32,496 nucleotides of DNA from a virus. Lineage: Duplodnaviria > Caudoviricetes. The notes beneath the pieces were generated by a model, which saw nothing but the letters and a program-made list of their open reading frames with translations, ran no database searches and was not told the origin of the DNA. Positions 18,247-27,655 of this stretch are shown here, piece after piece (within the stretch, counting starts at the first letter, position 1; each line of letters starts with the position of its first letter). The position numbers were made by a program, and so were the translations under genes. The stretch lies in IMG/VR virus record IMGVR_UViG_3300025102_000139, positions 1 to 32,496 of that record. One strand, 5' to 3'.

Positions 18247-20034
18247 CTAAACTTTGGGGAAGCCGGGACCGCCGCCCGGAAGAGGCATCGGGGAGGGTTC
18301 TTGGGTTCCCGGAGGAAGCCCGCCTGTGACGACGCTATCGACTCCCGGAGGTTGTCCCGCTTCAGCGGGCAGTCCGGCATCCATGCCCGTCATGGATTCG
18401 GCCATGCTGCTTGGGGATGGAGTTGGAGGTGGAGGCATCATGACGTCTCGAATCTGCAAAAGATCTAACAGCTTTACAATAAGCTTTTCTTTATCCACAT
18501 TTGGCGCTTGCATCAACAATGGGAAGTATTGTTGGAACTTTTGAAGCTGGATGATTTTGTGGTTCTCAGTGGGAGAGTACGGTAGCGCGTCGTAATCAAA
18601 ATCCAAAGGCTCTTCGTTAGGATCGCGCTGGGGGCGAAGCCGAAGCGTTTCACGACTAACGTCTAATACTTCTTGGCTTCCCGTTAGCCGGATGGCTAGT
18701 TTAGAATCAGGGTCGAGGTACTCCTCGTAAAGCCCAATGACCCTTTCCGCTAAAGATGAGACCAAGTCTTCGATTTGCTTTATTCGTCGTCCGTTTCTTG
18801 TTCGGGTCGCAGTGTCGGCAAGCGCGACCTCCGTAGCAACGTCCGCCACGCCCACAACCCCCCGACTATACTGAGGGATGCCGAGGATAAACTCAATGAC
18901 TTGATTGCAGCGATTCCGCATCTCTGCAAACTGCGGCGAGAACGCGGGCATTGGGGTGGAGCCGATGATGTCGCGCAGTGGGGCATTCGCTTTCCCTTGG
19001 ATAGAAATCATCGTGCCCGGCTGATTTGCGTCTTGCAGCGCAGTCATTATGGCTTCAGGGTTGTCCGCTAGCGCCGTGTTGACGAGCATCACAGGTGTGG
19101 ACGTATGAGCGTGCCATAGCTCTAGGGTGTCAATCTCATTGAGGCGCTCTTGGAGCGATTGGACAAGCTTGACGTCAGAGAGGCCCGCGAGGTCCGTCAT
19201 GTTCTCGTTAAAGGAGAGCATTACAAACGGATTGCGTATATAGCGATAGGGAAGCTCGCCCTCGAACAAAGGCTCTTCCACGTCATCAAGGAAGTGGTAG
19301 TACCGGCCTTCACCTTCAAAATCGTACACTTCATACACGGTCACCCACTTGTACACGTCGCGCGAGGCCTCGTTAAGGTGGCTTTTGTTGCGGGCTTGAT
19401 CACGAAGGAATGTCGGGAAGCCCCCGAAGACGGCCCGGTCAGCAACCTTGTTGTTGTACAAAGCGCCCTTGCGCCCTCGCTTTTTGGTCCTACCCTTAAA
19501 CTCGGCTTGCGTCAGAACGGTAACTTCAACAAGGTAGCGGGTGTCTTGAAACTTTGCCGCAGCCATATCAAAAAAGATATACCGAGGGTCAACAAAAAAC
19601 ATCTCTACGCTGTTTTTTCTAAAGTTCCAGACTGCCTTCATAAAAGCTCGCCCGCAGATAGACGCGCCGGTTGCGGTCTTCCACAGCAGCGAGTGCAGCA
19701 TGTTTCTGTTGTAGGTATCGTTAATCAACGCTTCGCGAAAACGAGCGGCGTGTCGAAGCTCGTCGCGGCGGGCAAGGACTGTAACTTGCGGATTTTGCGG
19801 ACACACGTTGGCGATCATCGTGTCGATAAAAGCATACGGGTAGTTGGTTTCAAAGTTGACCTCACCTGACGAGCCTGCGCCGATGGTCGTAGAACCCGTA
19901 GGAAGCTCTTCTTCCCGATTCCAATACTCCGACATGTACCAAGACCGCCAGCGGTCCCAGTCTTGCCTCTCTGTGCGAGATTTCGAGCGATGCGCTCTAA
20001 TGATCCCTTGAATCTGCTTGCCTGAAAGCGGCAT
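18247..20034 (-). CDS. Portal protein
   Basis: 595 aa; N..YAFIDT....NPQVTV, GRAFMKAVW, VDPRYIFFD, NPFVML, GLSDV...Q..LN, ATEV motifs and Pro/Met-rich tail typical of P22/T7-like portals; GAGGGGG RBS. Confidence 0.9.
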   Translation of the reverse strand: MPLSGKQIQGIIRAHRSKSRTERQDWDRWRSWYMSEYWNREEELPTGSTTIGAGSSGEVNFETNYPYAFIDTMIANVCPQNPQVTVLARRDELRHAARFREALINDTYNRNMLHSLLWKTATGASICGRAFMKAVWNFRKNSVEMFFVDPRYIFFDMAAAKFQDTRYLVEVTVLTQAEFKGRTKKRGRKGALYNNKVADRAVFGGFPTFLRDQARNKSHLNEASRDVYKWVTVYEVYDFEGEGRYYHFLDDVEEPLFEGELPYRYIRNPFVMLSFNENMTDLAGLSDVKLVQSLQERLNEIDTLELWHAHTSTPVMLVNTALADNPEAIMTALQDANQPGTMISIQGKANAPLRDIIGSTPMPAFSPQFAEMRNRCNQVIEFILGIPQYSRGVVGVADVATEVALADTATRTRNGRRIKQIEDLVSSLAERVIGLYEEYLDPDSKLAIRLTGSQEVLDVSRETLRLRPQRDPNEEPLDFDYDALPYSPTENHKIIQLQKFQQYFPLLMQAPNVDKEKLIVKLLDLLQIRDVMMPPPPTPSPSSMAESMTGMDAGLPAEAGQPPGVDSVVTGGLPPGTQEPSPMPLPGGGPGFPKV

Positions 20035-20053
20035 AGTCCCCCCTCTTTAAAAA

Positions 20054-21271
20054 CTATTCTAGAACTTGACCACCGGAAGCTGCTCGTCCCTGACGCGCTT
20101 CTTCTTCTTCACGGGCCGCTGCGACTCGCGCAGCTTGGTTTCTCAAGTCCGTGAATCCTTCTTTTCCGTACTCGAAAGCACCGAAGGCGGAGTAATCTTT
20201 CGCGCGGGTGTTAGGACTCATGCCGGGGCTAATATAGCCGCCGCTTCTCCGAGTAGCAGCGTCTTGCTGTTCTCTGAACTCCGCCATCATTTCGGGGTAG
20301 CGTCTTTGGGCTGCGGCAATAGCCTTATCAATCTCAGCGTTGGGATCAGCGCCGTCAGCAATAGCGTCAAAATCAATACGTTGCAACGCGGCACCTGCAA
20401 CGCGGCTCCTGAAGTTTCGGCTTGCTTTTCCGCTAGGCATGGATGAGTCAATCTTGTCCTCTAGAAAAGGCAAAATGGTATTAAACGCGGCACGCTTCTC
20501 TGTGCTTAGAGCGTAACCCTCTCCGCGAGCGCTCCCAAGTGGGTCATCTTTTGTCCGCCTGCGAGAGCCGAGTGTACGCAGGCTATTTGTAATAGCAGTC
20601 GAGGCGTCTGCGGGAAGGGCGTCATAAACAAGTCTTACTTGCATATCGTCTTCAGTAAGAGGGCTTTGAGCGTCAAGCCGGATGTCTTCATCACCGTACT
20701 CTGATGTGGCCCCAAAAGTGTTTTCAACTTCTGACTCTCCGCCCTCAAGCATCGCTAGTGTCGTTTGCGCGGGGGCGGAGCGGCTAGATGTACCACCTGA
20801 TGAACCTGTTTTTTTGTACAAGCTTCCCTTGCCCGTCATCTCCGAGAAAATAGAGGCGTGAGCCTTAGTCCCCTTTTTGGCGACACCCTTTTTGCCGTCA
20901 GGGCCTACAAACTCGTAGTCGCCTGCGGCGTTCTGGGTGTAGCTGTACCCGCCCGCACCCTTAAATGGAGCCTGCTTTGTGGTTTCGCCCTCCATCACAA
21001 ACTCGTCTTCGAAGTCAGGGTCGAACTCTTTGGGGATATTTTCAAACATCGGCGTGGGACGTTCTGTTCCGGGGCGAACGCCTCTTGCTACAGCTAGCTC
21101 TCGTCCAGCCTGTATCTGGCCCTTACGTTCAGCCTCTCCTTCTTCATCAAAAAGGCCTCCGCTTTCTTTGGCTTGAGGCATCCCCGTGCCACGATCTTTT
21201 CTTGCTGATTTTTTAGCGCCCTTGAGGGCTTTGCGCGCAGCAACTACTCGATCATCTCGTTTAAAAGCCAT
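20054..21271 (-). CDS. Hypothetical protein (405 aa), probably internal to the virion; carries the GGYSY domain
   Basis: AAGGA RBS; basic N-terminus, 44-aa domain shared with 27648..28202, helical C-half. Confidence 0.75.
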   Translation of the reverse strand: MAFKRDDRVVAARKALKGAKKSARKDRGTGMPQAKESGGLFDEEGEAERKGQIQAGRELAVARGVRPGTERPTPMFENIPKEFDPDFEDEFVMEGETTKQAPFKGAGGYSYTQNAAGDYEFVGPDGKKGVAKKGTKAHASIFSEMTGKGSLYKKTGSSGGTSSRSAPAQTTLAMLEGGESEVENTFGATSEYGDEDIRLDAQSPLTEDDMQVRLVYDALPADASTAITNSLRTLGSRRRTKDDPLGSARGEGYALSTEKRAAFNTILPFLEDKIDSSMPSGKASRNFRSRVAGAALQRIDFDAIADGADPNAEIDKAIAAAQRRYPEMMAEFREQQDAATRRSGGYISPGMSPNTRAKDYSAFGAFEYGKEGFTDLRNQAARVAAAREEEEARQGRAASGGQVLE

Positions 21272-21280
21272 TGTATTTCC

Positions 21281-22678
21281 TTAAGCCTGAGCTATTTCGT
21301 CTGTTGTTGCCGTGACCATCACAGGGTCTTGGGCGTTTATTACTGCCGCGCCGGGGCGCTTGGGTGCTATTTTTGTACTTACGGCAGCGGCCAAGGCGTT
21401 CATGGCGGAGGCCTGAGGACCAGTAGCCGGTTTTCGCCCTACGTTCAACTTAGCAAGAGTCGCTCTGTCTTGAACGCGGCCCTCGCGGGCTGTCGTTCGA
21501 TAGCCATGACGCAGGTGGCGGACAAAGGCTTCGTCAGTGACAAGGCCTGAAGCCTTCTTACCCTTTTGAAAAGCCTCAGATTGTGTCAAAGCGGCAAGCA
21601 TTTTCTTGTGCTCAGGACTTGCTCCGGGCCTGAGCATGTTGTCGAGCACGCTAGCCTTTTGCTCGTTCATATCCGCCATGTACCTCTTCTTGTCTTCAGG
21701 GGAGGTTAGGCCCCGATTGACTGTAAGGTCCGCCGCTTCCATAATGTCGGTAGTGCGGCCACCTGTGCTCGCAGAAGCAATCTGTTGTATCTCTGCGTTA
21801 AGCTTTCCGCCGGTCGCGGCGTTAAGGTTCTCAATGTTCTGTGCCATCAATGTAAGGATGGCCTCTCTACCTTGAGCGCCGCCCGGACCTAAGTAAGGGT
21901 TGCCTTCGGGATCTAGTTCTTGTGCAATCTCCGCAGAGCCGCCGGGTTTTAGTTTCCCCTCAGCGGCAAGCTCCTCGGCGATAGAGTCTATTGCAGGCTC
22001 TACTTTACCGACAAAGTCTGATACGTCTGACCCAAAGCTCTTTTCATGGGCGCGTCGAAGCTCTATTTTAAAAGCATCAATCGCCTCTTGGCTTCTAAGT
22101 GTGCCCATTTTTCCTATTGCCATGCCGTCCGTCATTGAAGCGCCAGTTTTTTCCGCCTGAGCAACCGCAGAGTAGGCCGCAGCGCGGCCCCGGTCGTACT
22201 CTGAGATACCGCCAGATTTTCCAGTGATACCTTCCATGTTGTCGAGAGCGTCAATATGTTCTTTGGCCTGATCGATTTGCTTGTCGATTTTTTTCTTCTC
22301 AATGTCGTTGGCGAGCTTACGCTTTTGATTGAGCAGCTTAACGCCTTCCGCCATCGCGGCCTTGTGGAAGATGACGCGCTGCTTCATCTGCTCTTTGTCG
22401 TTGCCCCCGCCGATGGCCGCCTGCGCGGTGGTCAGTTCGTTATAGGCGTCGAGAAGAGGCTTGTTAAACTTAGCCATATCGGCGGGCATAAATCCGCCCG
22501 GCATGGGAGCAAACTGTTGAAGCTGCGCGAACGTCGCCCCACTTTGTCGGTACGCTGCCCGGCCTCCGATTGCGCCACCCATCTGCATTGCTTGGCGGCG
22601 CTTTTGCATGTCGATGTCACGGACCTGCTGCATCAGCATTGCCATTTGTTCGTCAGACTTTGGTTCTTCGACTGCCAT
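21281..22678 (-). CDS. Helical Ala/Gln/Met-rich protein, putative ejection protein
   Basis: Start taken at ATG 22678, just after the upstream TAA; coiled-coil character and 'MGGAIGG' motif. Function inferred from composition. Confidence 0.65.
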   Translation of the reverse strand: MAVEEPKSDEQMAMLMQQVRDIDMQKRRQAMQMGGAIGGRAAYRQSGATFAQLQQFAPMPGGFMPADMAKFNKPLLDAYNELTTAQAAIGGGNDKEQMKQRVIFHKAAMAEGVKLLNQKRKLANDIEKKKIDKQIDQAKEHIDALDNMEGITGKSGGISEYDRGRAAAYSAVAQAEKTGASMTDGMAIGKMGTLRSQEAIDAFKIELRRAHEKSFGSDVSDFVGKVEPAIDSIAEELAAEGKLKPGGSAEIAQELDPEGNPYLGPGGAQGREAILTLMAQNIENLNAATGGKLNAEIQQIASASTGGRTTDIMEAADLTVNRGLTSPEDKKRYMADMNEQKASVLDNMLRPGASPEHKKMLAALTQSEAFQKGKKASGLVTDEAFVRHLRHGYRTTAREGRVQDRATLAKLNVGRKPATGPQASAMNALAAAVSTKIAPKRPGAAVINAQDPVMVTATTDEIAQA

Positions 22679-22679
22679 G

Positions 22680-23330
22680 TTAAGCCACCTGTGTGTAGCC
22701 GTAGACGAGGTCACCTATGATTTGAGGCGCGACATCTGTGGCAAGTGTTGTAGCGGCCTGTTGGGCTGCGGTCGGCGGAGCGATTGGAGAGCCTGCTAGC
22801 GCCGCCATAAGTTCCGCCTTCTTAGCGTTTCGCCGGTCTACATCAAGTTTTGTCAAGCGGGCGGAAGCGTCTGCTTCAAGGGCGGCGGTGCCTGACCCGG
22901 CATCGCGAGCGGCCTGTTGTAGCGCTCCGGGAGACTGAATCCCGGCCCCGGACATTTCCTTCCGAGCAAGCATTGTCTGAATGCCTTGCGCGCTCTGTTC
23001 ACCCGCCTGTCGGGCGGCAGCCATTGTTTCTTCACGCTCTTGGCGAGATACGCCTGCCGAGGCCCCGCCTGTCATGTCGAACTTGCGGGCCTCTTCGAGC
23101 AGTTTCATTTTCGCGATTTCTGTAGGGTCTTTTGTCCCGTAAAGGGCTTTATTCCTAAGCTCTTCAGCCTTGACGGCTTTGCCTTTAGAGTCAAGATTGG
23201 CGGCGCGGTCCATCTTGTTCTGCTGGGTTTTACTTAAGTTTCCGTAGGCGCTGCCAGAGGTGTCGGTGTAATCCACATCCCTAAGGGTTCCGCCGCTGCG
23301 GTAGCTTGGCGTGGTGCTCATGTCTGACAT
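22680..23330 (-). CDS. Helical Ala/Gln/Gly-rich protein, putative ejection protein
   Basis: 216 aa, GAGG RBS; composition like small ejection proteins. Confidence 0.65.
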   Translation of the reverse strand: MSDMSTTPSYRSGGTLRDVDYTDTSGSAYGNLSKTQQNKMDRAANLDSKGKAVKAEELRNKALYGTKDPTEIAKMKLLEEARKFDMTGGASAGVSRQEREETMAAARQAGEQSAQGIQTMLARKEMSGAGIQSPGALQQAARDAGSGTAALEADASARLTKLDVDRRNAKKAELMAALAGSPIAPPTAAQQAATTLATDVAPQIIGDLVYGYTQVA

Positions 23331-23337
23331 GTTTACC

Positions 23338-24111
23338 TCAGTCGTCTGATGCTTTAAAGAATATGTATTTAAGCGACCGGATGCGAACCCGAGTCTGCTT
23401 TACGTCTTGATCTTGAATAACCCTTAAGGACGCAGAATGAAACCCTTTTGATAAAGGAGTCCGTCCGGGCAGAGGAAGCCATTGGTGCCCTGACCAGTAC
23501 CTGCTCTTGTAGCGCCCTCTTAAAAAGTTAAACTTAACGCTAGCGTCGGAAGACTCATAGTCCGCAGGCCACTGCGTCCGGCGAACCCGGCGAACATTGC
23601 AGGAGTTGTCTTTCTCCGTCTCGTCCAGCCCTACGCGCTTGTCATCGACAAACAGGCGGATGTGGCTTTCCCGTTCGGTCCCGTTCGAGTCATTGGTCCA
23701 ACAAACCTGCCACGTCAACAAAACAAACGCCTTGTAAGGCAAGTAGAACTGAACCGACCCGCCGGGGATTGCGATAAAGTTATTGGCGCTCGCTGTTTCG
23801 GGGGCAGATACACCGTTGAACCACCCGTCAGTAGCAGGCTCAGATTCGGTTCTGCTTTGTACGGGGGAGAAATAGTCTATGTGAGCGGTTCCGCAAACAG
23901 ACTTGCCACCCGAGGTCGCATTTCGTTGTAAAGAGTTGAAATCAACCTGCCTGCGACCGATTTTGTCAAAGTTGTCCGCGTCCAGCCAGCCGTTTAAAAC
24001 AGAGCAGGAGTCTGGTGTGCCTGCTTCAGGGATGGAGTAAAGGTAGTCGAATACCTCTTCGCCCGTAGGGATGTGCCCAGCAATAAAGGGACTGAACGTA
24101 ACCTTAGGCAT
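23338..24111 (-). CDS. Fibre/appendage-like protein, apparent paralogue of 8955..9677
   Basis: Start at ATG 24111 (AAGGAG RBS). 'LNGWLDADN' anchor-like motif and 'LSKGFHSASLRV' beta-sandwich signature. Confidence 0.65.
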   Translation of the reverse strand: MPKVTFSPFIAGHIPTGEEVFDYLYSIPEAGTPDSCSVLNGWLDADNFDKIGRRQVDFNSLQRNATSGGKSVCGTAHIDYFSPVQSRTESEPATDGWFNGVSAPETASANNFIAIPGGSVQFYLPYKAFVLLTWQVCWTNDSNGTERESHIRLFVDDKRVGLDETEKDNSCNVRRVRRTQWPADYESSDASVKFNFLRGRYKSRYWSGHQWLPLPGRTPLSKGFHSASLRVIQDQDVKQTRVRIRSLKYIFFKASDD

Positions 24112-24292
24112 CAGGACTCCTTTCGCGGCGCTGCTCTTGCCGCATATCATAGTCCATCATGTTGGACTCCGCTAGGTCGTCCTTAATCGGCATTCGGCTT
24201 GAGAGAAGCTCTTGCTTTCGGAGGTCCGCGATTTGCGACATGAGGTCGCCGAGAGACATGTCGCTGCGTTTCTGCGCGTCTGATTCTGGCAT
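24104..24292 (-). CDS. Small hypothetical protein (62 aa)
   Basis: ATG 24292 is TAATG-coupled to the TerL stop; fills the gap to the next gene. Confidence 0.7.
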   Translation of the reverse strand: MPESDAQKRSDMSLGDLMSQIADLRKQELLSSRMPIKDDLAESNMMDYDMRQEQRRERSPDA

Positions 24293-25992
24293 TACTTCCT
24301 CCGTCGATAGCGGCTTCGACGCCATTTGGTTTTAGAGCTTCCTTCGGAGTCTTTTTTCCGATGACTCTGTACCTGTTCATATGTCATGTCCCGGAAGAGC
24401 ACCACATTTTCTAGGCCCTCAGGAGTTTCTTTGCGGTATTTACGGGGGCACATACGGGCAGCGGTGCAGGCGATTTGAAGCGCAGAGATTTTATCCCAGT
24501 GGTGCCTGTCGCGGCGTTTGCCCGATTTGCCGGAATGCAGCATCTCTGACAGCGCGCTTCGCTCGGTACGCTTGTCTTCGCGATAAGACCCAAGCTGACC
24601 AACCGTGTCCTCGTCACGAAGAATGAGTTCGTCCTTCAAGGCGTCTTGAAGGTATGAGAGCATCATCGTTACGGATTTAGCAGTAGCAGCGATTCCGGGC
24701 TTATAGGGCTTTTCGTAGTAGAGATTTGGATAACCAAGCTCTTCAAGTAAAGCCAAAGTAGCAACACCAACCCCGTTGCTCTCCACAGCCACAAGCGCAT
24801 TGTTGTACTTCTTGCCAACCTCATTGATTTTCTTCGCGAATACCACGGGGTCAGTGATGCCTCCGTAGGCTGCGACTTGGGTCCATTCTCCATCGTACAC
24901 CTTTAGCACTTGAAATGCGGCATGATCGCGAGCAGCATAACCCGCAGGGTCAACGCCGATGGCGTAAACGGCTCCACCTTCAGGCTTTTCGTATTCCATG
25001 TAAGGCCCGTTCCAAGGCACAAGGATAGAGTCTTGGTGGCGCTTTAGAAGCGTAGAATGAAATACGGAACCTACAGAGGCGATCCAGCAGCTAATGTCGT
25101 CGAACGGATAGTAGACCCGGAACAGGTCAGGGTTTCGTCGAATCTCGGCATCGGTCTCAATCATAAGACGGCGAAACTGTAGATTGTCTTTCTCTAGCCC
25201 AAGATGCCCGTACTTCTCCAGAAGCTTGATTTCCTCAAGGGTTAACTTCTGACCCTTAACCCATGGACGCCGGTTGAGGACGCCGTCCCAAAACGGGAAG
25301 AACGCATACGCCCAGCGACCGCGACTTAGCTTTGCGTCACGGCAGTGGTCGCGCCACCATTCCGCCGAAGGCTCGCTCATCGGCGAGGGCGTTGACTCCA
25401 AGAGGACTTGGGAATGGTCTCGGTTAATCATCGACGGATAAATCATCGAGAACTGGTGCCCCGCGTTACGCCAGTACGGAAGCTCCGACCCGTGAAAGCT
25501 GTCTGGCGACTGACCGATACCAACCGCGCCCGACTCACCAGACAAAACGCGCATCTTGCCGCCGTGCTGGAAGGTCAACTGTCGAACCTCTCGGTTGGGA
25601 ACGGTCGGCGAACGCACTGGCTCTGGCCATCGGCTGTGTGTCAAGTGGATGCGACGGTGCAGGTATTCGGCCCGGTCACGATTATCCGCAATACAGACGT
25701 GATCGTGTCCCGGTGTGTACGCGGCCTTGACGTACCCACAAAGCTCTGAGGTAAGGCTCTTGCCTGCCTGACGGTATCCGAGGAGGGTAAGCCACTTGGT
25801 CTGCCCCAAAGCCGTCACAGGAGGCTCTGAGTAGTACGAGACTACAGTCTCCTGTAGACGGTCGGTAATCGCGAACGGGTCGAAGGTGTGCTCTTGTCCC
25901 GTCTTCTGGTCAATGATTTGAGCGTAAGCGCGCAGGCTTATGGACGGGTCGCACAGGGCTTCTAAGGCTTCACCTTCAAAGGGGAGGCTCAT
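24292..25992 (-). CDS. terL: Terminase large subunit
   Basis: Walker A GYRQAGKS, Walker B FHGSE, coupling motif LLESTP, RNase H-like nuclease motifs YAIGVDPA, VAVESNGVG, HHWD. Confidence 0.95.
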   Translation of the reverse strand: MSLPFEGEALEALCDPSISLRAYAQIIDQKTGQEHTFDPFAITDRLQETVVSYYSEPPVTALGQTKWLTLLGYRQAGKSLTSELCGYVKAAYTPGHDHVCIADNRDRAEYLHRRIHLTHSRWPEPVRSPTVPNREVRQLTFQHGGKMRVLSGESGAVGIGQSPDSFHGSELPYWRNAGHQFSMIYPSMINRDHSQVLLESTPSPMSEPSAEWWRDHCRDAKLSRGRWAYAFFPFWDGVLNRRPWVKGQKLTLEEIKLLEKYGHLGLEKDNLQFRRLMIETDAEIRRNPDLFRVYYPFDDISCWIASVGSVFHSTLLKRHQDSILVPWNGPYMEYEKPEGGAVYAIGVDPAGYAARDHAAFQVLKVYDGEWTQVAAYGGITDPVVFAKKINEVGKKYNNALVAVESNGVGVATLALLEELGYPNLYYEKPYKPGIAATAKSVTMMLSYLQDALKDELILRDEDTVGQLGSYREDKRTERSALSEMLHSGKSGKRRDRHHWDKISALQIACTAARMCPRKYRKETPEGLENVVLFRDMTYEQVQSHRKKDSEGSSKTKWRRSRYRRRK

Positions 25993-26708
25993 TAGTCTTC
26001 CTTAATGGAAACGCCGAGAGGCGAATAGTCCGGCTTTGCGCCTGTCATTTTGGCGTCTTCTTCTTTTTTCTTTCTATCCCTCTCGTCTTGTCTCTTCTTA
26101 ATAGCTAGGGCTTTTTTCGCGGCGTCAGCGCGGGCCTCCTCGAAAAAACTGCGATTGCCTTGTATTTCTTCTTCCGTCAGAGGGCCACCAAAGTTTGGGT
26201 CCGCAGCTTCAGGGGCTGCTTTTATGGGTTTAAGTTCAGAAAAAGCCATCGGCTCTATAGGTTCTATAGGTTCATACGCCGCAGCATCGGATTCCTCTGC
26301 GCGGCGACGGCGGTTTTCTGCAAACTCTTTTTCCCTAAGCTCGTACCGACCGTCTATGTAGACGGGGGCAATCCGGGCCTTGGGTATATCGGAAGTGTCG
26401 GTTTGGCCGTCTACCGCCTTTAGTCCATCTTTGGCAAACGCTGCGATCGGGTCATCGTAACTATCGATCAGTTTTTGCTGTTCCCCCAAAACCATGTCTT
26501 TCGTGTCATCAATCATCAACTGTTCATCGTGGGGCATCCATGTCCCATTTGCGCCCGACCCAAAGCCGTCAAGGTGTGAGCGGGCCGCGCGAAAATCGTC
26601 GTAAGACACAAGCGCCAAGTTGCCTGTAGCCGGGAAGTTGGAAAGAAGCGGAATGCCTCCTTCGCGAACACTCTCGGTGTATTGTTGGTCCGAAAATCCG
26701 TTACTCAT
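25992..26708 (-). CDS. Hypothetical protein (238 aa)
   Basis: ATG 26708 and the stop are both TAATG-coupled; acidic/charged, no recognised family. Confidence 0.75.
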   Translation of the reverse strand: MSNGFSDQQYTESVREGGIPLLSNFPATGNLALVSYDDFRAARSHLDGFGSGANGTWMPHDEQLMIDDTKDMVLGEQQKLIDSYDDPIAAFAKDGLKAVDGQTDTSDIPKARIAPVYIDGRYELREKEFAENRRRRAEESDAAAYEPIEPIEPMAFSELKPIKAAPEAADPNFGGPLTEEEIQGNRSFFEEARADAAKKALAIKKRQDERDRKKKEEDAKMTGAKPDYSPLGVSIKED

Positions 26709-27025
26709 TACCACTTCACTTTGTCGGCCCAGTAAGCCGCGCTGAGTTTGCCTTTGGCGATGTTCTTCGCGTGCCGCGCCTTGAAGCTAGCTCGCTTCTT
26801 ACGCATCTTGTCTCCCTCACCTGTTTTGCGGTTGCCTGCGGTCTTCGCGCCCTGCTCGCCAAAGCGAATCAGCTTGATGGTGTCGCCTTCTTTGGCTAAC
26901 ACAATGTGCGACTTCTTGGGGTGCTTAGGCGTGCGCTTGGGCTTGTTGTAGCCCGAGAGGCCGTGCTTCTTCATAAGCATAGCGCCTCGCGCCGCGTTCC
27001 TTCGCTTTTTGGGGGAGACGGCCAT
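26708..27025 (-). CDS. Basic conserved phage protein (possibly DUF5754-like)
   Basis: GYNKPKRTP.HP.KSH.V.AKEG...IRFG.QG...SFKARH...SAAYWADKVKW pattern, recalled from aquatic phages; exact Pfam uncertain. Confidence 0.8.
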   Translation of the reverse strand: MAVSPKKRRNAARGAMLMKKHGLSGYNKPKRTPKHPKKSHIVLAKEGDTIKLIRFGEQGAKTAGNRKTGEGDKMRKKRASFKARHAKNIAKGKLSAAYWADKVKW

Positions 27026-27262
27026 TTAAGCTAGTCCTTTTGGATACTTCGGATGACCCTTGGCGTGTTGGATGCCCTTGCGAAGTTTGTCCTGCTTGTG
27101 CCTAGTCAAAGAAGCATATGCCTCATCGGTCATGCTTTTTATCTTTTTCTCAGGGAGGTAGCGTTCGCCTGTAGCATCCTTGCCTTGTGTGCTAGGCTTG
27201 CCTGATTTGGTGCGCCAGTTTTGATCGCCCCAGCGTTTAAGGGACTTCTGCGTCTCTTTCAT
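27026..27262 (-). CDS. DUF5872-like protein, C-terminal half
   Basis: Start at ATG 27262 (ATGA overlap). QKSLKRW..QNWRTKSGK...TGERYLP motif. Confidence 0.75.
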   Translation of the reverse strand: MKETQKSLKRWGDQNWRTKSGKPSTQGKDATGERYLPEKKIKSMTDEAYASLTRHKQDKLRKGIQHAKGHPKYPKGLA

Positions 27263-27438
27263 TTGTAACCCCCGCCTTTCTCCTTGTACCGCTTGGCGAG
27301 CATCTGCGCTTTGCGGGCAGACCACTGGCCCGGAGCGCCGCCTTTGCCGCCTGCTTTGATGGCCGCAAAAAGACGCTTCCGCATCATGGGCTTGGTGTAG
27401 TTGCCTGCTTCGTTGACCCGGCTTTTTTTCTCAGCCAT
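27259..27438 (-). CDS. DUF5872-like protein, N-terminal half (59 aa)
   Basis: Not in ORF track. MAEKKSRVNEAGNYTKPMMRKRLFAAIKAGGKGGAPGQWSARKAQMLAKRYKEKGGGYK; GQWSARKAQ signature. Confidence 0.8.
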   Translation of the reverse strand: MAEKKSRVNEAGNYTKPMMRKRLFAAIKAGGKGGAPGQWSARKAQMLAKRYKEKGGGYK

Positions 27439-27655
27439 TGTACTTCTTCCGGTTGGTGGTACGGCTTACAACGCGAAGGTTCTTCCTACCGTTACCACCG
27501 CCCTTGCTCAGAGGTTTTTTGTGGTCAACTTCACGCGGGTCACCTACCTCTAGGTCCAACGCGCGACGAGCCGCATTTCTGCGTTTACGGTTGCGTCGTT
27601 GGGCGGGAGTCCCGTGATACTGCGCGTACTCTTTTCGGTAGTTCCGTTTAGTCAC
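27431..27655 (-). CDS. HNH endonuclease
   Basis: EVDHKKPLSKGG.N...NLRVVSRTTNRKK motif, GTG start, in the packaging region. Confidence 0.9.
   Translation of the reverse strand: MTKRNYRKEYAQYHGTPAQRRNRKRRNAARRALDLEVGDPREVDHKKPLSKGGGNGRKNLRVVSRTTNRKKYNG

Noticed and set aside
26250-26276. 9-bp repeat encoding EPIEPIEP
   Set aside because: Ordinary low-complexity coding linker.
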